A stretch of DNA of 64,000 nt, from NCBI RefSeq assembly GCF_006345805.1, contig NC_043014.1, forward strand, positions 48,174,001 to 48,238,000, given 5' to 3'. How positions within the stretch are numbered: the stretch's first letter is position 1; each line of letters starts with the position of its first letter. A program made the position numbers and the translations under genes. The stretch comes from Octopus sinensis. Its lineage: Eukaryota. Shown piece after piece: positions 49,424-62,917 of the stretch. Under the pieces are notes generated by a model. That model worked only from the letters and a program-made list of their open reading frames with translations. It did not search any database and was not told the DNA's origin.

Positions 49424-49752
49424 GAAAGAAAGAAAGAAAGAAAGACAGACAGACAGACAGCTATCTATCTAGCTAGATAGATAAATGGATAGACAAATAG
49501 CTAGCTAGATAGACAGATAGCTGGATATACAGATAGCAAGACAGATAGATAGATACACAGACAGACAGCTAGATAGCTGGATCAATCAATAAGTAAATGG
49601 ACAGATAGGTAGATAGATGGATAAATACATGGAAATATAGATGGAGGGATATATATATATATAGATAGATAGATATACAGAGATAGATGGATGGATATAC
49701 AGATAAATGGATGGATGGATGGATGGAGATATATTTATATATATATATATAT

Positions 49753-49791
<39 letters not shown>

Positions 49792-49815
49792 CATACATAC
49801 ATACATACATACACA
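49424..49815. repeat. Compound (GAAA)/(GATA)/(GACA)/(GATG)/(CATA) tetranucleotide microsatellite
   Basis: Direct reading. Confidence 0.9.
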
Positions 49816-49877
49816 CAAATCCAACTGAATATGAGAGAGAAATGAACAGAAATAAACTAAGACTTTGAACAGTTCAC

Positions 49878-50002
49878 CTTTGTTCCTTTAGCTGTGCTCG
49901 GCGTCGTGTTTCATCTTCTTGGTGTAGAACCTTTTTCAACTGTGAAAATAATTCATGTTTCTCATTCTTCAAAGATTCATGTTTTGACTCCATCATCCCA
50001 AT
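49878..50002 (-). CDS. GPS2: GPS2 coding exon 3 (coiled coil)
   Basis: LKNEKHELFSQLKKVLHQEDETRRR matches GPS2 LQEEKHQLFLQLKKVLHEEEKRRR; caacag acceptor, gtgaac donor; phase 0/2. Confidence 0.95.
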
Positions 50003-50414
50003 CTGTTGAAATAAAAACACAGAACTTCAAATATGTGTGTGTGTGTGTGTGTTTACACTTATACAGAAATAACAAGCAAAACTGTAATTTTCTGGTTGTC
50101 GGGACAAGATGGATATAATGCTGTGGTTCCCCTTGAGCTTTTCTAGGACCACTTTCTGTCCAATGGCATAAGGCTCCTAAATTTTCACATGTGACATTTC
50201 TAGACAAAAGGTAGAGAGGTATATAAAACTGCTTTCTGACAGAATAAGTACCAAGGAGTCGATTGGTTTGAGTAAAATTCTTCAAGGTGGTGCTCCAGTA
50301 TGGCCACAGTCTAATGACTGAAACAAGTAAAAGGTAAGAGATAAAAGACATTAACCCTGGAGTTTATCTAGTCAACTAGTCTATTTTGTATATCCTCTCT
50401 ACTGAAATTAAACC

Positions 50415-50802
50415 TTTCTACTATAGGCACAAGACCTGAACTTTGGAGAGGGGGATAATCGATTATATCGACCCCAGTACTCAACTGGTACTTATTTAAT
50501 CGACCCCGAAAGGATGAAAGGCAAAGTTAAGGCTTGGCAGAATTTCAACTCAGAACACGAAGACAGACAAAATACCTATTTCTTTACTACCCACAAGGGG
50601 CTAAACACAGAGAGGACAAACAAGGACAGACAAACGGATTAAGTCGCTTATATCGACCCCAGTGTGTAACAGGTACTTATTTAATTGACCCCGGAAGGAT
50701 GAAAGGCTAAGTCGACCTCGGCGGAATTTGATCTCAGAACAGTAGCGGCAGACGAAATACTGCTAAGCATTTCGCCCGGCGTGCTAACGATTCTGCCAGC
50801 TT
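50415..50802 (-). mobile_element. Two SINE family B copies
   Basis: Core and head motifs reversed. Confidence 0.75.
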
Positions 50803-50897
50803 CCTACCTTCTTTACACAGAAAGTAATATAAGCAACATTCAATAAATGCTGAAAGAGAATTTCATGAAATTTATTTTAAAAAGTTTAACTTCCTAC

Positions 50898-51001
50898 CTG
50901 GTCTTTTATTTGCTCGAGTGTTAAATTGTCCTCTTCTTGTTTCTTTTTCTGAAGTTCTCGTTCTTTTTTTAATCTTTCAACCAAAGCATCATGTTCTTGT
51001 T
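50898..51001 (-). CDS. GPS2: GPS2 coding exon 2
   Basis: tgtcag acceptor, gtagga donor; (E)QEHDALVERLKKERELQKKKQEEDNLTLEQIKDQ; 104 nt, phase 1/0. Confidence 0.93.
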
Positions 51002-51045
51002 CTGACAAATCATAAAATAAACAAATTATAGAATAAACAAATTAA

Positions 51046-51380
51046 CATCATCATCATCATTTAACGTCCGCTTTCCATGCTGGCATGGGTTGGACGGTTC
51101 AACTGGGGTCTGGGAAGCCAGAAGGCTGCACCAGGCCCAGTCTGATCTGGCAGTGTTTCTACAGCTAGATGCCCTTCCTAACGCCAACCACTCCAAGAGT
51201 GTAGTGGGTGCTTTTTACGTGCCACCCGCACTGGTGCCAGACGGGGCTGGCAGACGGCCACGATCGGATGGTGCTTTTTACGTGCCACCGGCACGGAGGC
51301 CAGTCAGGCAGTGCTGGCTACAGCCACGTTCGGATGGTTCTCTTACGTGCCACCGGCACTGGTATCAAAGCTACATTTCA
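51046..51380 (-). mobile_element. RTE-LINE 3' UTR-derived repeat
   Basis: Family motifs reversed. Confidence 0.8.
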
Positions 51381-52408
51381 CTGAAATAAACAATTGCTCT
51401 TAACATGAACTAACAGACAATCCTCCAGGTGGTCATGAAACCTACGAGAAACAGCAGCCAAACATGCCTCAAACCACAACATATCTTAAACAAACAAAAA
51501 ACGGGACACATCAGCGAATGTCATCCCAAATATCTCCAAAAGACCAGAATGTCATGGATGGCATGTCTTTATTATAAATTTGATGGATCAAAGATTTTTG
51601 TGTCAATTTGTTTGATGCATGTTTTTGCCATACTAGCAGGACTTAGATAGGAGTAAAATATGAGGTACTAAGCCCTTCCTGTTACCATCCCTTATGTGGG
51701 GGCACTGAAAAGTTCCTAGCTTTAAGGGTATCACGAAAGGCCTGGTTACAGGCCCTAATCTTCTGAGTACTTTTACAGGGCTTAATAAAACTGAAGGACT
51801 GTGGTAATAAGTGGATGAATTTGAGAGGGGAATATCTTTAACTTTTTACTTGTTTCAGTCATTAGATTCCAGCCATGCTGGGGCACTGCCTTGGATTTTT
51901 AATCGAATGAAGTACTTTTTTTTTCAGATTGACATTTATTCTATCGGTCTCATTTGCAGAACTGCTAAGTTACAGAATGCAAAAACACCATCACCAGTTG
52001 TAAAGCAGTGGACACACACAAACACATAGATATATACACACATATATATGACAGACTTTCACTTTTCCTCAACCAAATTCACTTACAAGGCTTGGTCCCG
52101 AGGTTATAGTAGAAAACACTTGCCCAAGGTACCATGCAGTGGGACTGAACCCAGGGCAAGGTTGTTGAGAACCTCTTGTATATGGTATTTAAAAAAATTT
52201 ATAGTGCATTCATTTGTAAACAATGTCGTTGTTAATATTTCTCTTTAAAAAAAAAAAGACTGGAGCCTGGTGCAGCCTCCTGGCTTCTCAGACCCCGGTT
52301 GAACCATCCAACCCATGCTACCATGGAAAACGGACGTTAAACGATGATGATGATGATTTAAAGCATGACCACAAACATCAAATGTACAAATGATAAAAAA
52401 CAACTTAC

Positions 52409-52502
52409 CTTGCTTCTTCTTTTCCCTTTCTCTCATAATGTGACGCTTCAGAGCCTGGTAAGTGGCCACTGTCATTTTAGGGCGATCAATTAAAACCGGC
52501 AT
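52409..52502 (-). CDS. GPS2: GPS2 first coding exon
   Basis: MPVLIDRPKMTVATYQALKRHIMREREKKKQ matches GPS2 MPALLERPKLSNAMARALHRHIMMERERKRQ; gtaagt donor; upstream tttcag acceptor ending at 52531; full spliced CDS 1209 nt = 402 aa. Confidence 0.95.
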
Positions 52503-53354
52503 TTTGGGATCGATTTTTACAACCTCAATTCTGAAAATTATAGAATAGTTCTCTTTGTAATAATCAATTTAAAAGAAAAAACACCATTTAACATAAATTA
52601 TCAGAAAATAAATTTTTTTTGTTTTTTATATTTGGTTTACAAAATTCTTGATGTGAACTCATATGTTAGAGAAGATTTTGCTGCATCTTGGAGGGTGAAG
52701 TGGAGGCACTTAGTGGTTGAGGTGTTGGACTAATGACTGTGTGGTTGTGGTTTCGATTCCTGGACCAGGCGATGCATTGTATCCTTGACTTCCTTTCACA
52801 TTGCTCCAGTCCACTCAGCAGGTAAAAATGAGTAATCCTGTGATAGACCGGTGTCCGATCCAGGGACTAACTATTGGGATAGTCATTATGCCAATAATAA
52901 ACACAGTTTCTGCCTAGCAAATTCACTCATAAGGCTTTGTTTCATTAAATGCGTAAGTATATTGAAATCTTAACTTTTTGAAGTTTCTAGACCTTCAGTT
53001 CCATTATCAAGATTTGAATATATTTGATATTTGTATTGTTCTTTATACACGGATTGACTTTGTGTGAACTTTCCCATCAAAGTTTTATCAACACAAGTCT
53101 CTGCAATAATGTGTTTTATTGTGGTCAAATTTTGATGAAAAGCTTTATATATATATATAAAGCTTTTCATCAAAAGTATATAAAGTATATATGGTTCAAA
53201 TGTACTAAGAACAAAAGGAGATAGGTGAGGGAACAACAAGCAAGGTGTATTAGTTTGATGCATGGGAAAAATGTGTGTGTGTATATATAATATAAAGACT
53301 GGAGCCTTCCCAGACCCCGGTTGAACCATCCAACCCATGCTACCATGGAAAACG

Positions 53355-53785
53355 GATAGAAGGATTCCTAAGCAGATGCTCTATGGAGAACTTGTGAATG
53401 GAAGGAGACTCCAGCAGAAACCAAGGCTGCGATTTAAGGACTGTGTTAACTCCTCATTAAAGGCCTTTGATATGCAGGACACTGACTGGGAGAACAATGC
53501 CTGTCATCGCCACAGATGGAGGAAGCAGATTAAGGAGGGGATCAACACTTTTGAGAGCACGTATCCAGCATGAAGAACTTAAGCGAGCTGCGCGAACGCG
53601 CATGGCTCGTATAGTGAATGGGAAAAGCTTGGTCTGCAATGTTTGCAGTCATGTATGCTTGTCAAGAGCAGGGCTCATTAGCCACCAACGGAGCCGCAAA
53701 TGCAAAATATAAGTTAGTCCTAGAGCGCACAATGTTCCTGAAGGTCGGCAATGGTCTTCCTCGGTCACGAGTGGACGGCCATCAT
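53355..53785 (+). mobile_element. RTE-clade LINE 3' fragment with C2H2-type end
   Basis: RIPKQMLYGEL...PRLRFKD...W and CNVC...SRAGLISHQR motifs, frameshifted. Confidence 0.8.
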
Positions 53786-56513
53786 ATAATATATATAGTC
53801 ATGGCCAAATGTTTGGAACATAGGTCTGAAAGTTAGAATTGAACCTTTGGATCAGTTATTAGGTAAGTATATCTCTACGTTGTATATGGATCGAATTGTA
53901 CCAGGGCATAGTTTTAATTACAGTTAGGTAAGGGTTGGTGACAGGAAGAGCTCCTAGCTGTAAAATACTGCCTGCAATAAGTATCCTGAGTGGGTACATA
54001 TATGTAACAGTGCCCTCACCTTTTTCCATCATGTCCTTACTGTGACTACTACACTTTCACTGCTAATTAGGTCACCTTAGGAGCAGAAGTTGTTGATTAC
54101 TTCTACAGAAACTGAAAGAAACCTGTCATATATATGTTTATTGTGAGCGGCCCTGTATTTCCTGGTAGCAAAAAAAACCTGTTCTGGCCTGTCTTTCATA
54201 ATTTAATCCCTCGTCTCCAAGCATAAAGCCACTTCTCTATCTTGATTGTGACCCCATTCAGTCAAAAGAAATTTTAGTCTTGCGACCTACATGGCAACCT
54301 CACCAGCACTGTGCCATGGAAAAAAAAGCATCCGCTACACTCTGTAAAATGGTTGGCGTTAAGAAGGGCATCCAGTCGTAGAAACCACGACAAGGCAGAC
54401 ACTGAAGCATGATATGGTCCTCCAACTCTGCGGATCTTGTCAAATCATCCAAATCATACTAGCATGGAAGAGAGATGTTAAAAGGGTGATGATGATATGT
54501 GTGTTTGTAACAGAAATCTAAATATAAAGCAGAGTTTTACATTTTAATGATAAATCTCAGAGCGAGTTATAAACAGTAGCAGCAACACATCGTGACGTAT
54601 ATTTGCCATTTGAATATGGCTAACCCCTAAGGGTGGATGCTACTGTAGTTTGTAGCCCCAGGAGGACACCTCCTCCAGCTGGCTATAGACACACTTTCTG
54701 TGCCTTACATTTTATATTATCCAAAATGCTACAGTAACAGAATTTCTTGACAAATTTTATTTAAAAAACGCTCCAAATTACAGGTCCTCGAGTCACTGCA
54801 GCTCCCTTTACACACACACACTGAAGTATATATACAGCAGAAATGAGATCCAGTTCAAGCTTTGTAAAGTGGACAGCATTTGTGAGTATGAATGCGTGTG
54901 TTTTCAATGGAAACGTGGGAAATTCTATCAATAATACTTCCTCTCATATCAAACAAAGGTGACATCATTCGTGGAGAATTATTTATTCTGAGTAAAAGAA
55001 CCGGTCGGTCGGCTTGATTGAATTTATGGCAGCTATTTTGTATTGTACTCTGTTGTATGGTGTTCACACTTCAATATCCTTAAGAACGGCCATTTCCAGG
55101 ATATACAGAATGCGTCAGATCCACAAAAGACACAAGATATTTTCTTCTAGTTCTAAATCAAAACTCATCATTGGGTTCTTTGATATGAACTGACAATAAA
55201 GAAGAAACTGTCCATTATGATTTTGCTGTAAATACAGAGTAACAGCATCAACGTTAGTTTGTGCCAAAAAAATAGTTATATAGACCGAAATGAGAACTTA
55301 ATATAGTTTTTCACTGTATATATATTATTAGCGTCAATCTATTATAATTACAAATAAAAACGATATATGATAGAGTAAATTGTCATTTATGGACGGAACA
55401 CACTCTCTCATGACTGGAAGTCCGGTTGGTTATATTTCAGAAGAAAATATTTCGAGATAATTTGTATATGATTATATTTGAGTTACACGCATATATACAT
55501 AAATAGACAAATTTTGTTAACATGTTTAAAAAAACAGGGTTGTGTTAGCATGAAACAATAATATCGATGGCTCGAGAAACATTGTTCTAAACAAACTGTA
55601 TAGAGAACTTACAACGAAATTAATTAGGAAAAAAAATTAATTAGTAAAAACCTAAACTTACTAAAATAATATAAAACTAGAAGACACGCATGCCTTGAAA
55701 ACATTTCAAACATATATAGAGGGTGTGTGTAGATACATACATATTTATATGTCACCATTCATATCTGTATTCAAATATTTTGTATTCTTATGTTTTTAAA
55801 TTATCCCTATTCTATGCCTTAGAATAAATTAGAATTAATGTTATTGATTAATGTCCAGATAATTACTAAATGTCATTTAATTATTACAGTAGTGGTGGTT
55901 ATTAAATTAAAATCTATAAAAACATGAAGCTGTCTTGAAATAACGTAGTTGTCGGCAGAAAAAGATGAGAATGGCATGGCTGGAGAGTCTTTCATCGTGT
56001 TTGTTCAATGAGGGTTAATTTGGGGGTTGGACAAATATAGACGATCCACGAATTGCTAAAGAATTCTTCAAACGTCAAAAATTGAGAATGAAAGACGACG
56101 AGTGACAAGTGAAGGCGGACAGGAGACATTGAGTGGTCACTGGATCAGCTAGAGATAACAGCTATCTTCCCTCCAAATATACCATACTGACAGGAGTAAA
56201 ACGAAAAAGAGGACAAACACATAAGGCAATGTTGTCAAAATTATAATAAAAGACAAGAGGATTGCGGCTGGAACACCTCTGATCCAAAGATTATTGTATC
56301 AAGGGGGCCTATCAAGGCTGACCTTGGGCTAAACAAGATGATATATTTGGTTTATAAACAATAATACTATTTACATTTGGGTTTGTTGTTGCATTTCTTT
56401 AAGGAAATATAATGTGAATTATTGTTTTTTTCTGAAAAGAAGATAATATGAGTTATATTCAAACTAAATAATTAGTAATTAATAATTAATTGAGAGAAAT
56501 CTATTCGGATTAC

Positions 56514-56610
56514 CTTAAATATTTTGGTCAATCGTCAAAGTCACAAATCATTATGTCACTCTCTCGTTTAAGAAGTTAAAGAAAAGAAAGCAACTTCCGG
56601 TCTCCTCCTA
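56514..56610 (-). promoter_or_regulatory. Candidate GPS2 promoter and non-coding first exon
   Basis: ETS-type CCGGAAGT at 56593-56600 (minus) in unique sequence, with aag|gtaat donor at 56513; inference only. Confidence 0.4.
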
Positions 56611-57230
56611 TTTTTTTTTTTTTTAATATTCTAAGATTTCTGAAATCTGTTTTCAAAGATATTTTTTCTTATTTCTAGAATATTATTGTCTACTTTTTTT
56701 TGGCAAATAAATATTTTTCACAACAGGGAAAGAACGATATGTGGGTGTATGTGTGCGTGCACACGCCTACACACACACATGTTGATGCTTTAGCTATTAT
56801 TGTGTTACCCTTTTCACCATTTAACATCTAAGGTGGTTGGTAGAATGGTTAGAACCTTCGGATTAAAGGCCTTGCCGGCATTTATTCCTGCTCTTTACGT
56901 TCTGAAAGCATATGCCAATGAGGTTAACTTCGCCTTTTGTCCCTCTGGGGTCGATAAAATGATAAATTTTGATACTTTCACCCGCGCGATTTTCACTGAG
57001 GGAAAAAAATAACCTCGGATTTTTTGCGTGGAATCAAGTACCCTGACCTCCTAATATGCTGCAAACCTCTTATTTTTGTTCGGAAAAAAGTGAGGTGGGA
57101 AACTGCCCCCACCCCATCCCGGAATCATTAGAAATTTCCTTTCTTTTTCTGTTGAATGAATTACGCTGACCCCCCCCCACCAGGACGGAGGTAAATAATA
57201 CGCACACCACCCGTTTTCGGCGTAACAAAA

Positions 57231-57300
57231 ACCCTAACCATAATCCTAAATCTTAGTCCTAACCCTAAACGCTAACCCTAACCCCTAACTCTAACCCTAA
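57231..57300. repeat. Degenerate (CCCTAA)n telomere-like tract inside a repeat
   Basis: accctaaccataatcctaaatcttagtcctaaccctaaacgctaaccctaacccctaactctaaccctaa. Confidence 0.7.
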
Positions 57301-58118
57301 ACACCGGGTGTACGTATTCTTCACTTTCGCCGACATCCTAATATGCCATAAAACCCATTTTTGGGGTCCGGAAAACGGGGTGGGGCGGAACCCTCGGAAA
57401 TTTCAGTTCCACCTTCCCGTTTTCAAATATTTTTTGCTGTTTCTTTCTTTACCCATATTTTTAGAACATTTTGCAAAAATACGTTTTTGAGAAAGTGTGG
57501 ATTGCATTAGATTGAAAATTCAAAGACGTTTGAAATGAATAAGTGAGGCTATAGAAGTTAGGGGTAACGAAGTCAGAGATAAAGAAGGATAAATAATTCA
57601 TCTAATAAAAAAGCACGTTAGAGTTTGTGTGTGAAGGCGGCACGTAAAAAGTACCATTCGAGCGTGGTCGATGCCAGTATAACCTGACTGTCCCCCATGC
57701 CGGCGGTGCTTAAAAAGCAGCCACTACACTCTCAGAGTGATTGACGTTAGGAAGGGCATCCAGCTGTAGAAACCTTACCAGAACAGATTGGCTCCTGATG
57801 CAGCCGGATCTTTTCCTTTTGAACGGCAGTTTTCAACACAATTTCTAGTTAACTAAACACTTTTAAACTTCGTATACTGGTAGAATGTGTCAAAATAAAA
57901 CATTTCCTTCTCTTGGCTTTCTTGAGAAAATTGTAATTTGTAAGTTTAACGTAGTTTAATTTTTCGAATTTTAACCAATCCTATGGCCTCTATTGAGCTA
58001 AAATCACTTGCTGCGTCTCAGTCAAATCTCATTTGCCAGTCCTCAGTCAAATCGTCCAACCCATGCCAGCCTGAAAAGCAGATGTTAAACGACGATGTTG
58101 ATGATGATATATGTAATA

Positions 58119-58414
58119 CTAGCAGTATCGCCCGGCGTTGATCGGGTTTGTAAGGGAAATAACTATAAAGCATTTTTAGAGAGTTATAGCCCAAAAATAG
58201 CAAAAAAATGCATTAAAAATGGAAAAAAAATTATGGTAAATTTTTTTTTAAATCGTTGACTCATCGTAGACGCGCGCTAGTACCCAGAAGGGCTCGATAT
58301 GAATCACGACTATAAGATACCCGGTTTTGGTTAGACTGCACCGCAAAATGTGGGAGTAGTTAGGAATCTAAATCGTAGGAGACAGACACACAACTTCACT
58401 TTTATATATAAAGA
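58119..58414 (-). mobile_element. Non-autonomous Helitron-like element
   Basis: Reverse TC...CTAG termini with GC-rich subterminal hairpin; ends resemble 40093-40474. Confidence 0.7.
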
Positions 58415-59177
58415 TATTGAAAGTTTAGGTAAACTTCGTCACTCACACACTCTCTCTCTCTCTCTCTCTCTTCCTCTCACACAAAAATCAAACGTATTAA
58501 TTACCCGATTTCAGCGCGCAAAATTTAAGTGGGAAAGTGCTTTGACTTTTCAAATCTATTCTGCAATTTGGGATTATTATATCTTATATATATATTATAT
58601 CCAGTGATTTTAACAGGTATGAAAAAGATACGTTGTTTTAATATCATACTTTTACTTGTTTCACACACATAAATTATTTATCATACTTTATCTCTCCACT
58701 GACTTCTTATAACCTCTGCATTTTCACTTTATTCATTTCTGCAAAATGTTATCTAAAAAATATGGGTAAAGATAGAAACAGCAAAAAATATTTGAAAATT
58801 AAGGGGAGGTGGGTCTGAAATTTCCGAGGGTTCCACTCCCACGTCACCCCGTTTTCTGGACCCCAAAATGGATTTTATGGCATATTAGGAGGTCAGCGTA
58901 ATTCATTCAACGAAAAAGATTTTTAAAAATGCAGGGTCTTGGCGCACCGTCACCCCTCCACACAAACACACATAAAATTGACCTTTCCGATTTTTTTTTT
59001 TACCGATTTCCCATATTTTCGATGACGGAGATTCCTAATATGCAAAAAAACCCACATTTTCAAAATTTTAAATTTCTCCTTCCCCCACAAAATTTTAAAA
59101 TTTTAACTTTTTTTTCGAAATTTTTTTTCAATCTAAGTGGAGGGGGGGGGGGGAAACAAATTTTAATTTCAAATTTT

Positions 59178-59576
59178 GGCGATCTTTCGTCTCTAGTAGA
59201 CCTTTCCGTCGATTTCTGTAAAAAAAATTTTTTTTTTACATATGGGCTTGCGGGAACTTTTGAAGTAATATACATACATATACACATACACCGAGTAAAA
59301 AATTTCAGTTATCTCTGTCTCTTCACACACACTAACAGAAGCACTTCACTTACACAACATACTGTCTGTCTCCCACACCCCATCAAACACACACACACAT
59401 GTACATCAATGCTTCCCCTGGACGGTAACTTCAAAAGAATTTCCCTCGTCATACAATCGCTTTCTCTAAGTCTCTTTCGCTCTCATTATTTCAAAAGTTC
59501 CCGCAAGCCCATATGTCAAAAAAAAAATTTTTTTACGGAAATCGACGGAAAGGTCTACTAGAGACGAAAGATTGCC
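59178..59576. mobile_element. MITE with ~85 bp TIRs (GGCGATCTTTCGTCTCTAGTAGACC...)
   Basis: Termini are reverse complements; flanked by direct repeat aattttaatttcaaatttt. Confidence 0.85.
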
Positions 59577-61874
59577 AATTTTAATTTCAAATTTTTTATG
59601 AAAAGCTCCAAAATTGAACCACACCACATCCCACTACCTGAAAGTGAAAAAGAACGTCTGTTTCCGTATGCGTAGATTTATAGTGAAACAGCAGAAGGAC
59701 CACGGCATGTGAAGCCCTCAACACGAAACGCGATATGCTAAAAATGACAGCCAAAAGGGTTAATGTTTACAAGTACACCGGCACGAGGGGACGGGTGGAA
59801 GTCTTGCCGAGATTTTGAATACGCCCAAAACTAGGTTTTCAAAATTTTCAATTACCCCCTCCCAGCCCCAAATTTTAAAATTTTAACATTTTTTCGAATT
59901 GTTTTTTTTTTTTCAATCTACGTGGGAAAATATGGAGATTAAGAATATGGAAAAAAGAAAATAATTAATTCCAAATTTTCTATGAGAAAACTCTAAAATT
60001 GATTCGTACATTCATCGCCACCTCATCCCGCTGTCTAAAAGTGAAAAAGAACAGCTTGCAAATATGAAGGGCTACTAAATGTGAGAGCCCTTTGTCCATC
60101 AGAAATGATTTCTAAAGTGCATAAACTATGTGGCATATTAGGATGTGGCCTAATTTTAGGGTGCGGTAGGGAATTTCGGAAAATTCACCAGAGTCCAATT
60201 CGTCTTAACTTTCAAGAAAATGGATATTTTTTTAATGAAATTGTCTACAAATATGGACTTGTTCAGAAACACCCGCGAGTGAGGAACGGTTCTCAAAAAT
60301 ACCGCCCCCCCCCCAATTGTTTTCCCCAAAAATTCCTATGTCCTTGGAATCTACATAGACCTAGGTATTTTTGTAGAGAATTTCATTAAAAAATATCCAT
60401 TTTCCTGAAAGTTAGGACGAATTGAAAGTGGATTTCAGTGAATTTTCAGAAATTCCCCACCCGACGTATTCTTAAAACACTACCCCGCAAAATTTTGTAT
60501 ATTCGGAATCTACATGATATAACACATATTCGTAAAAAAAATTTCATTGAAAAATATCCATATTTCTGAAAGCTATGATCATCCAAAGTTGGCGGGGTGG
60601 AAATCTGTAGCAATATACCAAAATTTCATGAAATACGTTTGATATTCGATATAGGTCAACTGTTCACTTTTTATGTGGGTCAAAGATTCGCTCAGTTTTT
60701 TTTGGTTTTTTTATCCAAATAAGAACATCCATACTCATGCTATAGAAGTGCGATGGATATTCATCAAGAAGAAGAAAGGTGATATTGTGGAGTTATTCCT
60801 TTACTTGTTTCAGTCACTTGACTGCGGCCATGCTGGAGCACCGCTTTTAAGGACTTTAGTCGAACAAAACGACCCCTTATTTTTGAAGCCTAGTAGTTAT
60901 TCTATTGGTTTATTTTTTATTTTTGCCAAACCGCTAAGTTATGGCGGTGTAAACACCGCACCATTAGTCAAATAAAGGGTTGGGTTCAAAATTCCACCAG
61001 AACACATGATGAAGGCTGGAGAGTACATCAGCCGAAATGTGATAACAAACACGATGCGGACATCTATCTCTCCATTGTACAGTAACAGCAGTTATGAGCA
61101 GTGACGGGGTGTCAAACACAAAGACACACACATAGGTACATACATATATAGTTAAAATTAATCCAAACAAGAAAGCACAAAAAAACACAACAACGCGAGG
61201 ACGCGGAACAAATATAGTATTATTGGACGCTCAGGAAAGAAGGAGGGTTTAACGTTTCGAGCGGAGCTCTTCGGAAACATAGGAGAAGGAAAGATCCAGA
61301 GAAGGGAAGACAGAAGGCCAACTTCGGAGTTAAGAAGCACCAACAAGTTGGAATTTCTCTGTTTTGACGGAGATTTTTCAGATTTCTATTCACTGTGCCC
61401 TTGGATATGTTTTACAAAAAACTTATCTTCCCTTCTCTGGAGAGATTGTGGGTCAATTTCGTGGACACCATGCAACTTAAAATCCAGGCATAACTACAGA
61501 TTTCTGCCCCACCGATTTTGGATGATCATAACTTTAAGAAAAATGGATATTTTTTAATGAAATTTTCTACGAATATGTGTTATATCATGTAGATTCCTAA
61601 TATACAAACTTTGGTGGCGGGGGGGGGGGTTACACATGAACGAAGTCCTATAAAGTTTTTATTCTTTCTGAATGAAGAACACAAACATATTATTCAATAT
61701 CGTGTTTGCTTCTATGAGGACCGTTTACCTTTAAAGCGAAAAAGCAAAACCGACGTGTACGACATATATGTAAAACATATTTAGGTGTATTTCTCTGTCC
61801 ATCGCACACGCAAGCCGGGATGGGGTAACGAGAAGTGTATGAATCAATTTTGGAGTTTCTTCATAGAGACTCTG

Positions 61875-62067
61875 TTTACTCTCTTTTACTTGTTTCAGTC
61901 ATTCGACTGCGGCCATGCTGGGGCACCGCCTTTAGTCGAGCAAATCGACCCCAGGACTTATTTTTTGTTAGCCTAGTACTTATTCTATTGGTGTCTTTTG
62001 CCGAACCGCTAAGTTACGGGGACGTAAACATACCATCATCGGTTGTCAAGCGATGTTGTGGGGACAA

Positions 62068-62098
<31 letters not shown>

Positions 62099-62272
62099 CA
62101 CACACATGTACATATATACGACGGACTTCTTTCAGTTTCCGTCTACCAAATCCACTCACAAGGCTTTGGTCAGTCTGAGGCTATAGTAGAAGACACTTGC
62201 CCAAGGTGCCACACAATGGGACTGAACCCGGAACTATGTGGTTGGTAAGCAAGCTACTTACCACACTGCCAC
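61875..62272 (-). mobile_element. SINE family A
   Basis: Full reverse copy. Confidence 0.85.
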
Positions 62273-62687
62273 ACCTAGAAAAATCTCTCTATATATAAAC
62301 AGCAAAATGTCTGTGTGTGTATCCTTTATACAAATCCACAATTTTTCAGTTAGAGGGCTCGCACTTTCTGTGGTCATTCAAAACTGTCCAAGGGTGGTCG
62401 TGCACACCTTTACATTTCCCCAGTCCCCCCGCAAAGCCATCAAAAAATAATCGATAAACCGACCCCTTATGATTCAGGTAACAAAAGTCTTTAATACAAG
62501 GGACGTGACTCACTCCAGCAGCTTAATCTAAAGATATTAAACCATTGCAAGGGAAATAACTCTTTATATATATATATATATATATATATACTACTAATAT
62601 AAGATGAAGTTTTTTTCTCTACAGAAAAGAATTCCATCAAGAAATGTGGCAGCATATTAAAGAACACCTTTACTGTTAAAATTATAA

Positions 62688-62917
62688 ACAACTTATAAGC
62701 AAGGGCTAAAGAAGATTATTTCAAAGCCAATATGCTGATTTTCCACATATAATCCACTTGCTGCAGAAAAATTGAACTGAAGTCGGGCAAACTAATTTAA
62801 ATATTCTAATGGTTAGTTTGCCCGACTTCAGTTCAATTTTTCTGCAGCAAGTGGATTATATGTGGAAAATCAGTATATTGGCTTTGGAATAATCTTCTTT
62901 AGCCCTTGCTTATAAGT

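Noticed and set aside
57231-57300. True telomere or chromosome fusion site
   Set aside because: Short, degenerate, single orientation and embedded in repeat sequence
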